The notes under the pieces are model-generated. The model was not told the origin of the DNA and did not search any database. It saw only the letters and a list, made by a program, of their open reading frames with translations. Shown piece after piece: positions 34,837 through 64,000 of a stretch of 64,000 bases of DNA. The stretch covers positions 3,717,962 to 3,781,961 of the forward strand of contig CAVNZM010000007.1 of assembly GCA_963693365.1 (NCBI GenBank). The letters are read 5' to 3'. Source of the DNA: Amoebidium appalachense. Taxonomy: Eukaryota; Protista; Ichthyosporea. Both the position numbers and the translations under genes were made by a program. How positions within the stretch are numbered: position 1 is the first letter of the stretch; each line of letters starts with the position of its first letter.

Positions 34837-34930
34837 AAACGCGCGCACGCATACACGCACACACATACGCGGGCGCGCGCGCCCGTACACACACGCACAC
34901 ACGGACACGCACACCCACGCACACACAGTG

Positions 34931-34985
<55 letters not shown>

Positions 34986-35534
34986 GTGACACACACACAC
35001 ACACACACTCTTCCCATCCGCGTTCATGCCCCCGGGGGGGGGGGGGGGGGGGGAGGGGAGGGGGGGGGGGGGGGGGAGGGGGGGGGGGGGGGGAGAGTAT
35101 GACCGTATGGCATATAGCCTGAGTTGAAAGTGATCAAGGAATCCTATTAGTCAGCCTCAATGTTTACGTTTTGGCATTGTATGTAAACTGCTGCTGATTA
35201 TAGTACTATTATGTGAACAGGTTTTCTGATATATTATATTATTAAATTTTCACATGATGTCAGCCTATGGGGTGGGTGGGTCCCCCCCCCCCTCCCCCCC
35301 CCCCCCCCCCCCGGGCCGGGGGGGGGGACACCTACCCTGCTCAGGTGGGTGGTGGGTCCTCCCCCCCCCCCCCTCCCCCTGCTAGCCGGAGGGGTAGGTG
35401 GGTCCTCCCCCCCCTCGGGGGGGGGGGGGACCCACCTGTCCAAAAAAGGGGGTGGGTCCCCCCTCCCCCCCCCCCCCCCCCCCCCCCCCAACGTTACTAC
35501 TACCCCCCTCCCCGTTTCAAAATCAAGAATCCCT
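34086..35534. mobile_element. Putative non-autonomous TIR or foldback element
   Basis: AGGGATTTTTGAATTTGAAAATGGGG at 34086 is an imperfect inverted copy of the sequence ending at 35534; GGTGGGTCCCC/GGGGACCCACC motifs recur near both ends; no TSD seen. Confidence 0.5.
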
Positions 35535-35749
35535 TACTCCCCCGGTCGGACCTTGGCCTAGACCGTCACGGATCGTGGTCCACCTCTGCGACAGGACGGA
35601 AGCCGCTAGACCCATGGGTAATGAGTGTAGACTTTGGCGCACATAGACAACATAGAGGTTTGAAAGGGAAAGACCCTGGTCCAGGACGCTGACCCGAATC
35701 GAGGCCGGTGACTCGGGTTGGTCTCCCGCCCGGACTTTGGACCGGAATC

Positions 35750-35825
35750 ATCGCCCAAGTTGCTCGCCAATGGCGTCAGAGGGCCAATGCTGTTCGTGAC
35801 GCCATTGGCGAGCAACTTGGGCGAT
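35750..35825. other. Perfect 29-bp inverted repeat with an 18-nt loop
   Basis: ATCGCCCAAGTTGCTCGCCAATGGCGTCA (35750-35778) and its exact reverse complement (35797-35825). Confidence 0.9.
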
Positions 35826-36545
35826 CAAAAATCCTTATGCCCAGAACCAGTGGCTTCCTGCGTCGGAAGCCGGCGTCCTACCACTGGGCTATGGATGACG
35901 CCTAGGGGTCAGAAGGTCAATTGCAAGGATTTAAAATGTATGCATGCAATGTGGATACCCACGGCCTCCGGATCCCCCTTGGAAAATGCAACCTTGAGCG
36001 CCGTGCTCTCATTAAGCCGACGTATGTGCGCAGGATATTTCGCTTTACGCATGCATGCACCATTATGATATCAGGTGTGTCACGTGAACAGAGTATCACG
36101 ATAGATTCGTGGACTCCCCCCCCCCCCCCCCCCCTCCCTTACCCCCTGCAACCCCGATTTGGTGGGCACAAAGTTAAACACCCGCACATAAAACCACACG
36201 GTAATACCGTACAAGACAGTAGTACTACCACATTGCCACACACAGTTGAAACTAAACAGTGCTGCTGCATGCACGTACGAACCCGGCGTTGACCAGAAGT
36301 AAACACACATCATCACCGTGGTACACAACAAGGCCACACATCTTTTTTATCCCCCCCCCCCCCCTCCCCCCTCCTCCCCTCCCCTCCCCCCCCCCCCCCC
36401 ACACACACACACACACACACACTCACACAGTCACTCACGCACATACAAAAACACACACCACTCCACGGCCACCCACCCACCCACCAACAACGTCCTCCAT
36501 ATATGCACGATGAGGCTTCTTAGGCAGTGATCTCTCCCATCAGGT

Positions 36546-36620
<75 letters not shown>

Positions 36621-38213
36621 TGAGAGAGAGAGAGAGAGAAGGGGGGGGAGGGGGGGGTGAAGGGGGGGAAAGGAAGAAGAGAATATAGAGGTGGGTCTGT
36701 TTCAGAGCTATTATGGTCATGCCTGCACGGTTGTTCAACAGGAAGGTTTCAACACTATTCGACTGCATTTAATTCTGCACTTCCATCGTTTCTTTGGGCG
36801 GGTGCCGCCCGGACAATTTTAATGATGACGAAGCTCACTTTATTAAACACGCGGACTACGCCTGTTATGCAGACATGATAACACTATCACCTGTAAATGA
36901 AAATAGAATAATCCACATTTTTTCAAAACGGTATATTTAATATTTAAAGGCCTTAATAGCTAGCATTAAAAATAGCCGCCAGAGCATGGACACGCACACG
37001 AGCACACAGCTCAGGCATCTGGTTCCTGTAAGAGTCGTAAATAATATTTTCAATGTACTTCATTCTAGTATGTGCTCGCATGTACATATCACAAAACGTG
37101 CTTGTATGTACATCACACATACGATTTTTATAACAATGAGCGGCACACAAGCTGAGTGATGTGACACACAGGGAAACACACTCACACACATAAACGCACA
37201 GGCACACACACATCATTCATGCACACATGAACACACACACACAGAAATGCATACACACACCGCTAAACATACACACACACACACACACACACATGCGCGC
37301 GCGCGCGCACAAACAAACACGAGCGCACACGCGCGCGCACGAAAAAAAAGGCACGCACACAGGCATGTACAAAGACACGAACGCATGCACGTGCTCACAC
37401 ACACACAAACACACATATAGACATACACACACACAAACACACAGATGGACGCACGCGCGCGCGCGCACACACACACACACACACACTCCCAGACACACAA
37501 ACGCACACGTACACACAGTATCATACAGAGATGAAGAAGGTTAGGTGTGAGAGGAGGGAGAGAGAGGAACACGCCAGGGGGAGGGGGGTGGAGGGGGGGA
37601 GGGGGAGGGAGAGAGGGGGGGGGGGGGGCGTTGAGAGAGAGAGAGAGAAAGAGAAAGAGAGAGGGAAAAGAGGGACGGAGAGAGAGGAAGAGAGAGAGAG
37701 GGAATGAGAAAGAGAGGCTACACCTGCGCACGTGTGCACATGGGAGACGTACGTGACTGTCCCCCGTGCCCCATCACTCCTCTCCAGCCTCGCCTTTCAC
37801 TACCACCATCACCACCAGACATACCTACCTACATATATGAAAAAACACAATCCAGCACTCTGCTTAGCAATAGAACTTCGCACAACGACACACCCAGGCG
37901 CACGATCTCTGCTTTTGTTGCACGGACATAGCATTTACACATACCCACACAACCCCCTCTCTCTCCCTCCCCCTCCCCCCCCTTCTCCCCCTCCCCCCTT
38001 CTTCCCCCCCCCCCCCCCCCCCCCCCCCTCCGCCCCGGCCCCACGTCCACACACCTACCCACCCGCACACCCTTTCAAAATAACACGCACACGGGTGCAC
38101 ACACGTAGGCACGCGTGCACGCACACACACACACGCACACGCCCACACACATACATACACGCAAGCACACAGGCACACACACACACATACACACACACAA
38201 GCACAAATACAAA

Positions 38214-38484
<271 letters not shown>

Positions 38485-38912
38485 GTTGCACACGCGTTCA
38501 TACACAAGTCTTAAAGAGAACACAAACACAAGCCTGTATTTCCAGCGTACCAGGAAAAAAGTGGAGACAAAGAAACCGAATATTTGGGTAGTATAACCTC
38601 TTTCCCTTCATATCTTAGCCCTGCAAAATAACTTTCCTTGTGACTTTCTCTTCTTTAACCCCGCCAAACCTAGCGCTAGCATCATGAGGCCAATAGGTCG
38701 CCAGTTTTACACCAGTGGACCTTTTTGCTCGACCAAATTGGCACGAGAGGTCAACGCATGCGCAAGCCCGCTTCTTCATGAATGTAGAGGAAGCGATATG
38801 CTTCAAACTGTATTGAAAAGCGTATATATGCCAAGGCCTCCTAATCTCGACACAACGTGCTTGTGAGGCCTTGGTGCACAGAGGCTCAAAAAACCAAGAA
38901 AGGCCTCCTTAT

Positions 38913-39394
38913 TTTCCCGCGCGTAATATTTCAAGAGCCAATCGGATCACTTCGCGCTCTTTCCCCAGGATGACATCAAATAGATGAATTTAATATTTTA
39001 TAGAACTTTCATCATTGGATGTCAATATCGTACAGTGCAAATCCCAAAACCATGAGCGCGTACGTAAATATCAACGGTGTGTATGCTAATATTCATTTCA
39101 TTAAATATACAGTATTTAGTATTCATTAATTGTTTTTACATTCAAGGCAGATGTACACCTCTTGTAGTACTATGACTTGACTAAAGGCTAGTGGGGCGGG
39201 GGAATCGAGCAATGCTTATAATTGGATGGTTATCACACACACAGTCTACCGATTTTGGAATCCAATCAAATGCTGCCTTGTGCTCTAAGTCCGCGAAACA
39301 CACAGCTTTGTTTTGTTTTCTTGAAGCTCCTTTCAACTCAAGTTTCTGAGGGTGCGGAAGTACATATACGCCTAGCGCCCTTTCTTCGCCAAAA
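38913..39394 (+). promoter_or_regulatory. Candidate E2F sites and CCAAT boxes upstream of MCM4
   Basis: TTTCCCGC at 38913, CCGCGAAA at 39291, TCGCCAAAA at 39386, CCAAT at 38938 and 39262; MCM genes are established E2F targets. Short motifs, so chance matches are possible. Confidence 0.45.
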
Positions 39395-39785
39395 CAAACT
39401 AGGAAAATTCATTGAAAGTGAGAGCCACACCGTTGAGCACTTATTTGTTATTTGGTATCAGAACAACGAACCAAAATGTCTGATAACCCAGCCTCCCGCG
39501 AACCCAGTAAGTTGCACAAACATGACCGTGTTTATCCTTCCTTTCCTACCGCCCTTCATTCCCTTTTCGAAACATACTTTCCCCTTTTATAGAGGTAAAT
39601 GAAAATCCAAATTGAATTAGTGAGTGAAGTACAGCCAAATAAACAGAAATCTAGATCTAGGAGCAAGTCTGCTACCACCAACATCTCCTGCCTGCGCAGT
39701 TGCTTCTGGTGATGTGTTCAGTTCATGTCTTGTTCTTTGCTTATTCCCCCTTACCCTCACAGGCTCCCCTGGTCAAAGGTCAGCG

Positions 39786-55728
<15,943 letters not shown>

Positions 55729-56561
55729 TTGGTGCACCTGCATTTATCCGGGCAATATGATTGGCCGCCCCAGTGAAAAAACTGTGTGGGCTCTGGACGT
55801 TTCACCCCGATTCTTGGGTTTGCGTTTACTTTTGAGTTTTTTTTTCTTTTTGTGTTGGTATTTCTTATGGATTTTTTATACTCGAGTGATATTAGTATGA
55901 TGGACTGTTTGAAAGAGCAAATTGTTTTGGTTGTGTCTAGCTAGGCTACGGCGCATCTATCGTTTCGAGAAAGATTATCACATGTTTAAAGGAGATGTAT
56001 CTAAGTGTGCATAATCTATTGTTTTGCAGTTTGTTGAAATCGATTCCAAAACCCACCAGGCTTAAAAGAGTAGGTAGGCATGAGACACAAAATTTGGACA
56101 GCCTTGGTTCGTTGCTGCATAATTCCTTATAACTAGATACGTTAGGACCTCGATTAGATGCCGGGAGTCCCATCGTACAGATAGGAGGCACTTTTGCTTT
56201 TTGGTTTTCTTCAGACTCTCGTTGTAACATTATTGGCGGATTGGCTTCCATATGAAGCGTACACTATTAGCACCAATATACATATATACTCTAGCATATT
56301 CTTCTCGAACAAAATATCAGACACCTGTCTGATGTGTGCGCGCAGCACATGCAAGTTGCATGTGTAACTTGTCAAAAAACAACGCGTGAATGAGAAATCT
56401 GGTCTTCTTCTAAGTCTCAACCCCAGCCAATAATAAATAAACGGACACGTGAACCTCAATCTTATGACTGGATGATTGGATTGTGGTGTTTATGTTTACG
56501 CTGTTTGTATCACGTTGCCATGCTAAGGTGTATGTGTGCGCGCCGGAGCGTGCATGCGCGT

Positions 56562-56639
<78 letters not shown>

Positions 56640-56866
56640 CGCTGTGCACGCGCGTGCACATGTGTATGCGCACCGTGTGTGCGTGCATGTGTGTGTGTGT
56701 ACGTACGTGTGTGTGTGTGCAAGTGTGCCTGCATGTGCGTGTGTGGTTGATGTATAACAACACACGCACAACATGGTTTTATGTTTGTGGCCGGGTGGGT
56801 GCACGTGTGTAGATTTCTGCCGGGATCAGCTGATCAGCCTCGCCGCGGCGCCGGGGGGCCGGGGGG

Positions 56867-56925
<59 letters not shown>

Positions 56926-57335
56926 TATTAGCTTCGTTGCGCATGCGTGCAGGGTTGGGGGGAGCTTTAGGCTGGAGTGTTGGTGGCCTTGCCGAAATCA
57001 GGAGGTGGAACAGCTGATGCATGTTTATTGAAGACCGGAAATTTGCGGAGATTTATTGGTACCAACAATAACTGTGCTGCACACTCGACAGCCACGCTCT
57101 AGATATGGGAAACACTAACTATGATACATGTGTATCGCTTATCATTACTAATATGAATGTCATTGATATCTCCCCCTCTCCCTCCCCCCCCCCCCCCCCC
57201 CCCTCCCTCCCCCGCCCGCCCTCTCCTCAAAAAAAAAAAAAAGGAAGGAAAAGAGAACCCGGTGGCTAAGCTCAGAAGCCTCTGCTGGGTAGTCTTTCTA
57301 ATTATGCTATGTAATATGCTATATATCTCGTAAGG

Positions 57336-58148
57336 TTATATCTCCACATTTGATACTATGGCATGATCTTGTGACGTCGTTTTTTTAACATCATCGCTCA
57401 GATCGATACATACAGCCTGCAATATAAGCGCTATCGGGGACAACTGCCCGTTTCCGACTTTCCATACACACCCAGAAGCTTCGGCATTTGCATAAAACTG
57501 CGCGTTGATTGGTTCAAGAGCCCTAACAAAGTGTTCAAATCCGGATCTTCCGGTATTTCTTGATGTGTTTCCCGGCTTTTGCGCATCCATTCTCTTGTAG
57601 CGTGCGTATGCGTGGCAGCCGGCACATAATGCAAACAGTACCATTTTAAAATCATGCGCATGTTCTGCCCTCTGGTCGAACACCATTGCCTTTTGTTTGG
57701 TTGAGCGGCGGCACGTCGAGACAAGTGCTTGTTGAAGTGCTCCGAACACCTGGTCGGGTCAATGTTGTTCTAGTGAGTTTTCGGATTTATAAACGGTTTA
57801 AAATTTCAAATTCTAGTTCCAGTTAAATATACCGGGAGTTGATACCCTCGTGCTCTTGAAGATATCTGTCCTGTAGCTATTCTGACCTGCCTAAGCTCAT
57901 CGTTCTAGTCATCCCCCCCTCCCCCCCCCCCCCCCCCCAAAAAAAAGAAAGAAAGAAAGAAAAAGAAAAAGAAAAGACCCCCCCCCCCACCCTCTATCCA
58001 AGGCTCCACACACACGGAAAAAATCACATTATGACCAAACCAGTGGATTGTGCTTTTGTGCTGCATACTTGCACACGCACACGCCCGCACACACTGACAC
58101 ACACAGAAGCCTCGCGCACACACACACACACACGCATGCGCGCGCACA

Positions 58149-58191
<43 letters not shown>

Positions 58192-59193
58192 GCGCGTGCG
58201 CACACACACACACACACATACACACACAAACGCAGACGCACACATGCATGCACACACCCACACCCTCTAGTACACACATCATCCACGCACCGCCATCAAA
58301 CTGACATCTGCATTTCAGCTGCTTTAATGTAAGCCAAGACACACACAACCAAAAAGTGCACGCAGACAAGTTCCAAATACCCTCCCCCCCCCCCCCCCCC
58401 CCCCCCCCCCCTGCCCTCTCTTTTTCCAGGCAAAAAAAACACATCTACACATGTTCACATGGGACCCTTAAAGTCGAGGGGTACAATGCTAAGATGACAT
58501 AACATATGTCGTCATTTTTCCTCACCCACCTGCATCTGTGCCTTAAAGATAGTCCCTGCATGTGCCGGACCCCCCCACACATCCACCAAACCATCCAGCG
58601 CACCCTGCACACATCTCGCGTGTTTCAGTGCCATTGTCATTTCCTCCACTACGTCATCAGGCAGGGTCTTCATTTTTCTCCATGCGCACGGTACTGGAGA
58701 GAGGTGGGTGCTGCCGTAGCCAATCAGGGACGAGCTTGGGTCTACTTGCGCCAATAGCGCTCTCACGGGACGACAGGTGCTGGTCTGTGCGTTAAAAAGG
58801 CTTAGGGGATTTAAGAACAGCGCAGGAGTTATCGGGAGAGTCTCGAATTTTTAAGGAGCCATGAGTAGCTTATGAGCTTTTTTCGAGGGGGAGAGGGGGG
58901 TGGGGGCGGGCGGGGGGGGGGGGGGGGGGGAGGGGAGGGGGGGGCGGGGGTGGGAGGAAGAGGGGGGAGTGGTGGGGAGGGGGTCACGGAGGGAGGGAAG
59001 AAGGGGGGGAGGGGGGGGGGGGAGAAAGGGGGGATTGAATGTATGCATCATGGCAGCAGATTGGTAATATAGTAGTGTAGACATCAAACCTGGGTAAAAC
59101 AGAAAAAGCATCACAAAAATACATAAACCAGACCCCCCTGGCCTTTTTTGGCTGGAAAAGGAGGCGGTGTGCACGTGTGCGTGTGTGTATGTG

Positions 59194-59224
<31 letters not shown>

Positions 59225-59279
59225 CACAGTGTGTGTGTGTGTGTGTGTGGTGTGTGTGTGTGTGTGTGTGGGTGGGTGT

Positions 59280-59314
<35 letters not shown>

Positions 59315-60972
59315 GGGGAGGGGGGGGGTGCACGGGAGGAGACTGCCTGTTTTAAAGACATTATGCCCTTAGTCCGTTAAAGGCACGTCTGTTAAGTGTC
59401 AACAATTTAATGTGTTGCCACATGCATCTTAATGTGTACCGTATTTTTCCGGATCAAGTAGCTGCCAAAATCAGTGCGAGATCTTTTTTCGGCAAGAAAT
59501 ACGTTTACCTAATCGAATTTTTTTCAGGTCAGGCATGCAAAGGTGGGTAAACAAAGGCCATTTAAGGAACATATCTGATACGGATTTGTTTGAACAGAAG
59601 ATATTACAGTTATTTGTTGCAAGACATACATAAGCAGGATTTTTCTGCAAAAGCGGAATTAATCTCTAAAAGTGGAATTATTCTGCAAAAACCGGAATTA
59701 ATTTGCAAAAAAGCTGAATTCTTCCGCAAAAGCAGAATTACTCTGCTTTTAGCAGAATTATTCTGAGAATTACTCTGCTTTTAGCAGAGTTATTCTGCTT
59801 TTAGCAGAACACCGCAAAAAGCATAATTATTCTGCTTTCGACAGCAGAACAATTTTTCTTCTAGCAGAAAAATTCCGCTTTTAGCAGAATAGTTCTGCTT
59901 TTAGCAGAATAATTCTGCTTTCATCAGATTGATTCTGCTGTTTGCAGGATAATTCTGCCAAGGCTTCTAGCAGACTTATTCTGCTTTTGCAGAATAATTA
60001 TGCTTTTGCAGAATAGTTATGCTTTTGCTGAATTGTTCTGCTTTTGCCGAATAGTTTTGCTTTTAGCAGAATAATTCTGCTTTTTGCAAAATAGATCTGC
60101 CGCTTTTTGCAGAATAATTCTGCTCGAAACAAGTTGATTCAGCTGATATGGCTGAGCCCTTATCGACGACTCAGTGTACATATGCATGCCGCAGTTTGGC
60201 AAATTGGCCTTTCCATTTCACGTTTTTATTGTACATATATGCATGTTGTGTCTACTGTGTCTACTAGTAGGCATGTGTGGGCCTGAAACCTCGTACTGCG
60301 TTGTTTGCTGACGCCTCCTGGTCACTGCTTCACAGATTGTGACCATTAAAAACAATGGGCTCCCTTGGGTGGCCCAGTTGGTTGTGCGCCCAGCCAAGTG
60401 CCCTGTGTATATAGCGTGAACGGATAAATTTATGTGTAACAAGTGTGCAAAGCTATTATAATATTGGTCAGTCGTGCACGCAACCACCACACAATATGTA
60501 TATCGCAGCCATCCGTGACTATGACAGGTCTACCCGAATAACTTAATGCAAATATCTGCTACCTGTTTACCTGTGTTATTCGGATAGGCCGGTCATGGTG
60601 ATGGCTCCAATGCATTATAATTTGTATAATTTAAGACTGCCCACGTATATACGTGTACTTACCTACCTTGAGCGCGGTGCCAACAATCTCATAAAAAGGT
60701 GGGCTGTCCATCAAAACGACATAGCACCGCGTAACAGCAGAGATAGCCACAAGGGGTGCAACGTTCAGGTTTGCGCCCTGAACAACCTTGCACAACACCG
60801 GGTCCAGCCTAAGTGGTGTTCTTCCAAGCAAAACCAAAAAATCCGCGTCCCATACTGATTTCCACTTACGACAAACGAGACGGAGGGCGAGTAAAGAGGA
60901 GTCATGGGAAAGCTTGAAAACTTGGAAAAATACTGTGGCAAGGATTTCGGGGGGAAGGCTGTGAATGTCCAT
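57336..60972 (-). CDS. F-box protein; downstream exons (~58766-58528, ~57749-57336) tentatively joined
   Basis: [18 protein letters not shown]...[13 protein letters not shown] is a typical F-box; donor GTAGGT at ~60666. Linkage to the downstream exons is inferred. Confidence 0.6.
59634..60123. repeat. Degenerate minisatellite of ~20-bp self-complementary units
   Basis: Recurring TTCTGCT-TTT-AGCAGAA(T/A)A units. Confidence 0.8.
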
Positions 60973-61978
60973 TCTCGTGCTATTGGATTACAATTGGAGG
61001 ATATATATGTACATCAACTTCAACACCTAATCGACGCGTACTTTTTTTTTCTTCCCCCCCCTCCCCAGATGTGATTTTGCTCGCCTTCGGAAAAACACTG
61101 ACGACTGAGAATATTTTACCAACACTGACTATAGGACAAGCCGAGTTAATAATGTGTGCAAAATTGACTGAACGCTGTGCAAGGAAATAGGACCGCTAAG
61201 CAGGGCGTACAAAGTGTTAGGGGCACACGTGAAATGCCTCAGCCTGAGGCGGCTGCTAGCAAGGGACAATTAAAATAGATCTAATTAGTAGCCAATCGTA
61301 TCTTGGGAAGGAACCTATTGGTTGATACTGCACCAACCAGATCTAGAACACATTGTGCCAGACTACCAGCATTCAATGCCAGTTTCAGAAAATGCCTGAA
61401 TGATTGTGAGTAATAGAGTATGCAATGCATGTGCATAATAGAGTATGCAATGCATGTGTTACGTACAAATTATTATAGTAATACAGTGCACTGCATATTA
61501 TAGAGTCTATGATGGTGGTGTTTATGGTTTAGTTAGCTTAAGCTTCTGTCACTAAACTTGTTTTTCGAAGGCGCTTTGTTATGTATGACGTCAAAATGAC
61601 GTATGGGCTTGTGAAACTGCTGACTCATGCTTAGTCCTTGCCGCCCCAACAAGCGTGTTCGTTATTAGGTTTTTGTTGTTGTCTTAGGTTGCCAGAAGCT
61701 TTGCACGTTAAGTGAAAGAAACATGGGCATCGGTTTGATATTCTAAAAAGCACTCTTTGGTTTGTAACCTCCTGATTGATTTTTCTGCTGCCCAAGGGCC
61801 ACTGCGCCAAAGCAAGATGCACTGAAAAATTCTTCACAACCCCCGTCCTGTATTTTGAGCATTTGCACGTTGCAGCTCACGATCACACTTCCTCTCTTTC
61901 TATCCTTTTATGATTGTCTTCTGTATAGATAATATTCGTATGTACAACATTTCATCTCTAACGCGGTCTCTCACCACC

Positions 61979-64000
61979 ATGGCTACCCAACATCCCACTA
62001 AACACCCACCCATCATTCCCCTCCCTCGCCACCAGTCATGGACAGGGAGCACACTCTCTCTCGGTCCCACCTGTTTTGTGCACACCACAAATATAGACAC
62101 CAGCACATATCCAGCAGAGCTGCTTCAAGAGTTATTACGGAATACGGAGTTGAAATTTACCGAAACTCTTCCTCCTGCCCATGACAGTCCTTACATAACA
62201 CTCAAGGTGGATTCCGAATTTTTTGCTCACTTCCCTGAAGGAATAGGCATACCGCCTCTGGATTTCCAAAAGAAAGACTCATACCTAGTAACGGTCACGG
62301 AGAAAGGGGTGGTGCTACGCGCACACACAGTCACTGGTTTAGTCTACGCTGTGCAGACCCTAGCGTGCATGTTGCAAGCCGCCCCAACCACCAGCACAGA
62401 GATTGGAGCTTCTGTCAACGTCACCAATGTTGTAGAGGTACCGATGGGGTGGGTGGTGGATTTTCCAGAGTACGAACACAGGGGGTTTATGTTGGACGAG
62501 GGCCGGCATTTCCAGGGAGCTGATGTGGTCAAGAGCCTTTTGGACATCATGTGCATGCACAAAATGAACGTGTTTCACTGGCATCTCACTGAGGATCAAG
62601 GGTGGAGAATAGAGGTAAAAAGGTACCCAAGGCTTACCAGTATAGGTTCGTATCGGCAAGGCACGGCTACGTCTCGTTTCACACGCGGAGACAATGGAAT
62701 TCCACATGGGGGGTACTACACACAGGACGCTATTCGGGAGATCGTGCAATATGCAAAACGTAGGTGCATTACCATCATACCCGAGTTTGACGTCCCTGGG
62801 CATTGCGTGGCGGCACTGGCTGCATACCCTCACCTCTCGTGTAAACCTGCAAATGGTACGTCCATGGGAAATGGCGGTGCAAACAGTGTGCGGCATTTCG
62901 ACGTCGCTTGCCAGTTTGGTATATTTTCGGACACGCTTTGTCCGTCAAATCCCGAAGTTTTCAAGTTTGTGTGTGATGTTTTCGAGGAGCTTCTGGAACT
63001 TTTTCCTTCGGAACTCGTGCACATGGGCGGGGATGAGGGCGCCTTGCGGGAAATGGAAGGAATGTGAGTGTTGTCGTGAGAAGGTGGCGGGAGGTGGGTC
63101 CAAATCCTTTCGTGACTTGCAGCACAAGTTTACGAACGACGTTGTGGGTTTTTTGCAATCGAAGGGGAGGCGTGTTGTAGGGTGGAGTGAGGTTGCAAAC
63201 GAGAATCTGCATCCTGACGCTATCATCCAATACTGGTTAAAGAACCACAGCACCATAGCTGGTCAAATGGCCTCACAGGTATTCCCCCCGCTCCCCCCTC
63301 CCCCCCTTCCCCCCCCCCCACCACCCACTCTCCCCCCTCCCCCCCCCCCCCCCAGTTCCCTCCCCCCACCCCCCCCCCCCCCCCCCCCGCTCCGTCTGTC
63401 CCCCCCCCCCCGTCCTCCTCCCCCTCCCCCCCCCTCCCCCCCCCCCCCCCCCAAACACGGGTCTGAATAGCCCCCCCACCCTTCTTTTCCACATTCACTC
63501 TCTATTCACGGACCCTCCCCCCCCCCCCCCCCCTCCCCCCGCCCCGTCCCCACCTTTCCTTTCGTGCCCCCCTCCCCTGACTTTTCTTTTTTGTTTTCAA
63601 ACCACCCGTCCTCCCTTTCCCTGCTGTATACTACCTTCCCTATTGTTGTCCTCCTGTTCTCTGGTGTGTGGTAGAGGTGAGCTCCTTGCCCTTCTTCAAC
63701 GTAGACTACTCTAACTTTCCCAATCGGCCCCGTATTAAATCTTCATATTCACCTTTCAAATCTTCGTCCAGATATGTTTAATCCAACAGTAGAGCAACAC
63801 CTCCCCCCCCCCCCCCCCTCCCCCCCTCCTCCCCCTTTCCTCCTCCCTACTCACCCTCTCCCCTCCCCTCCCTTCTGCTTCCTCTTACTCCTCACCTCCG
63901 TCTCCTCCTCCCCCCCCCCCCCCCCCCTTCCCTCTTCCCTGCCAGAATACCTTTTGAAGGCTTACTACCCCATTCCTTGTTGCCTTTTATGGGGGGAAAG
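61979..64000 (+). CDS. GH20 beta-N-acetylhexosaminidase, bacterial-like; 3' end beyond the window
   Basis: HRGFMLDEGRHF, HWHLTEDQGWRIEVKRYPRLT, GGYYTQDAIREIV, IIPEFDVPGH, HMGGDE. One extra G at ~63037 (GATGAGGGCG) shifts the frame into APCGKWKEC...VGWSE. First intron donor at ~63279. Start could be 61910, 61939 or 61979. Confidence 0.9.

Noticed and set aside
55946-57022. Minus-strand ORFs downstream of MCM4
   Set aside because: May be exons of a small gene, but no motif or consistent splice model could be supported.
59634-60123. Possible CRISPR array
   Set aside because: Units are contiguous and degenerate with no unique spacers, no cas genes, and the context is eukaryotic.
63030-63070. 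GH20 pseudogene because of a frameshift
   Set aside because: A single extra G in a short G run with intact coding sequence on both sides; most likely a sequencing error, as with ~32290.

Overview
Eukaryotic, intron-dense genomic DNA whose introns are inflated by poly-C/poly-G, (CA)n/(GT)n, (GCAC)n and (GA)n tracts; most ORFs in the six-frame track are microsatellite artefacts. The gene mix (Zn2Cys6-PAS factor, TGFBRAP1/Vps39-like, Agd3-like) suggests a unicellular opisthokont, perhaps an ichthyosporean or early-diverging fungus (inference only). Supported genes: TGFBRAP1/Vps39-family (-, runs off the left end), ERT1/Gsm1-like Zn2Cys6-PAS transcription factor (+), Agd3-like deacetylase (-), mucin-stalked membrane protein (-), MCM4 (+, about 22 exons), F-box protein (-), bacterial-like GH20 hexosaminidase (+, runs off the right end). 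Main discovery: a family of intronic, non-coding, poly-C-tailed repeats (three subfamilies, at least 13 copies or fragments) carrying a hammerhead ribozyme core in a non-circularly permuted strand order (III-UH-I ... II-GAAA-III' ... I'-CUGANGA-II') with compensatory changes across subfamilies. One intron also holds a Penelope-like reverse transcriptase fragment. Every copy I found is sense to its host pre-mRNA. All gene models, alignments and folds were done by eye.
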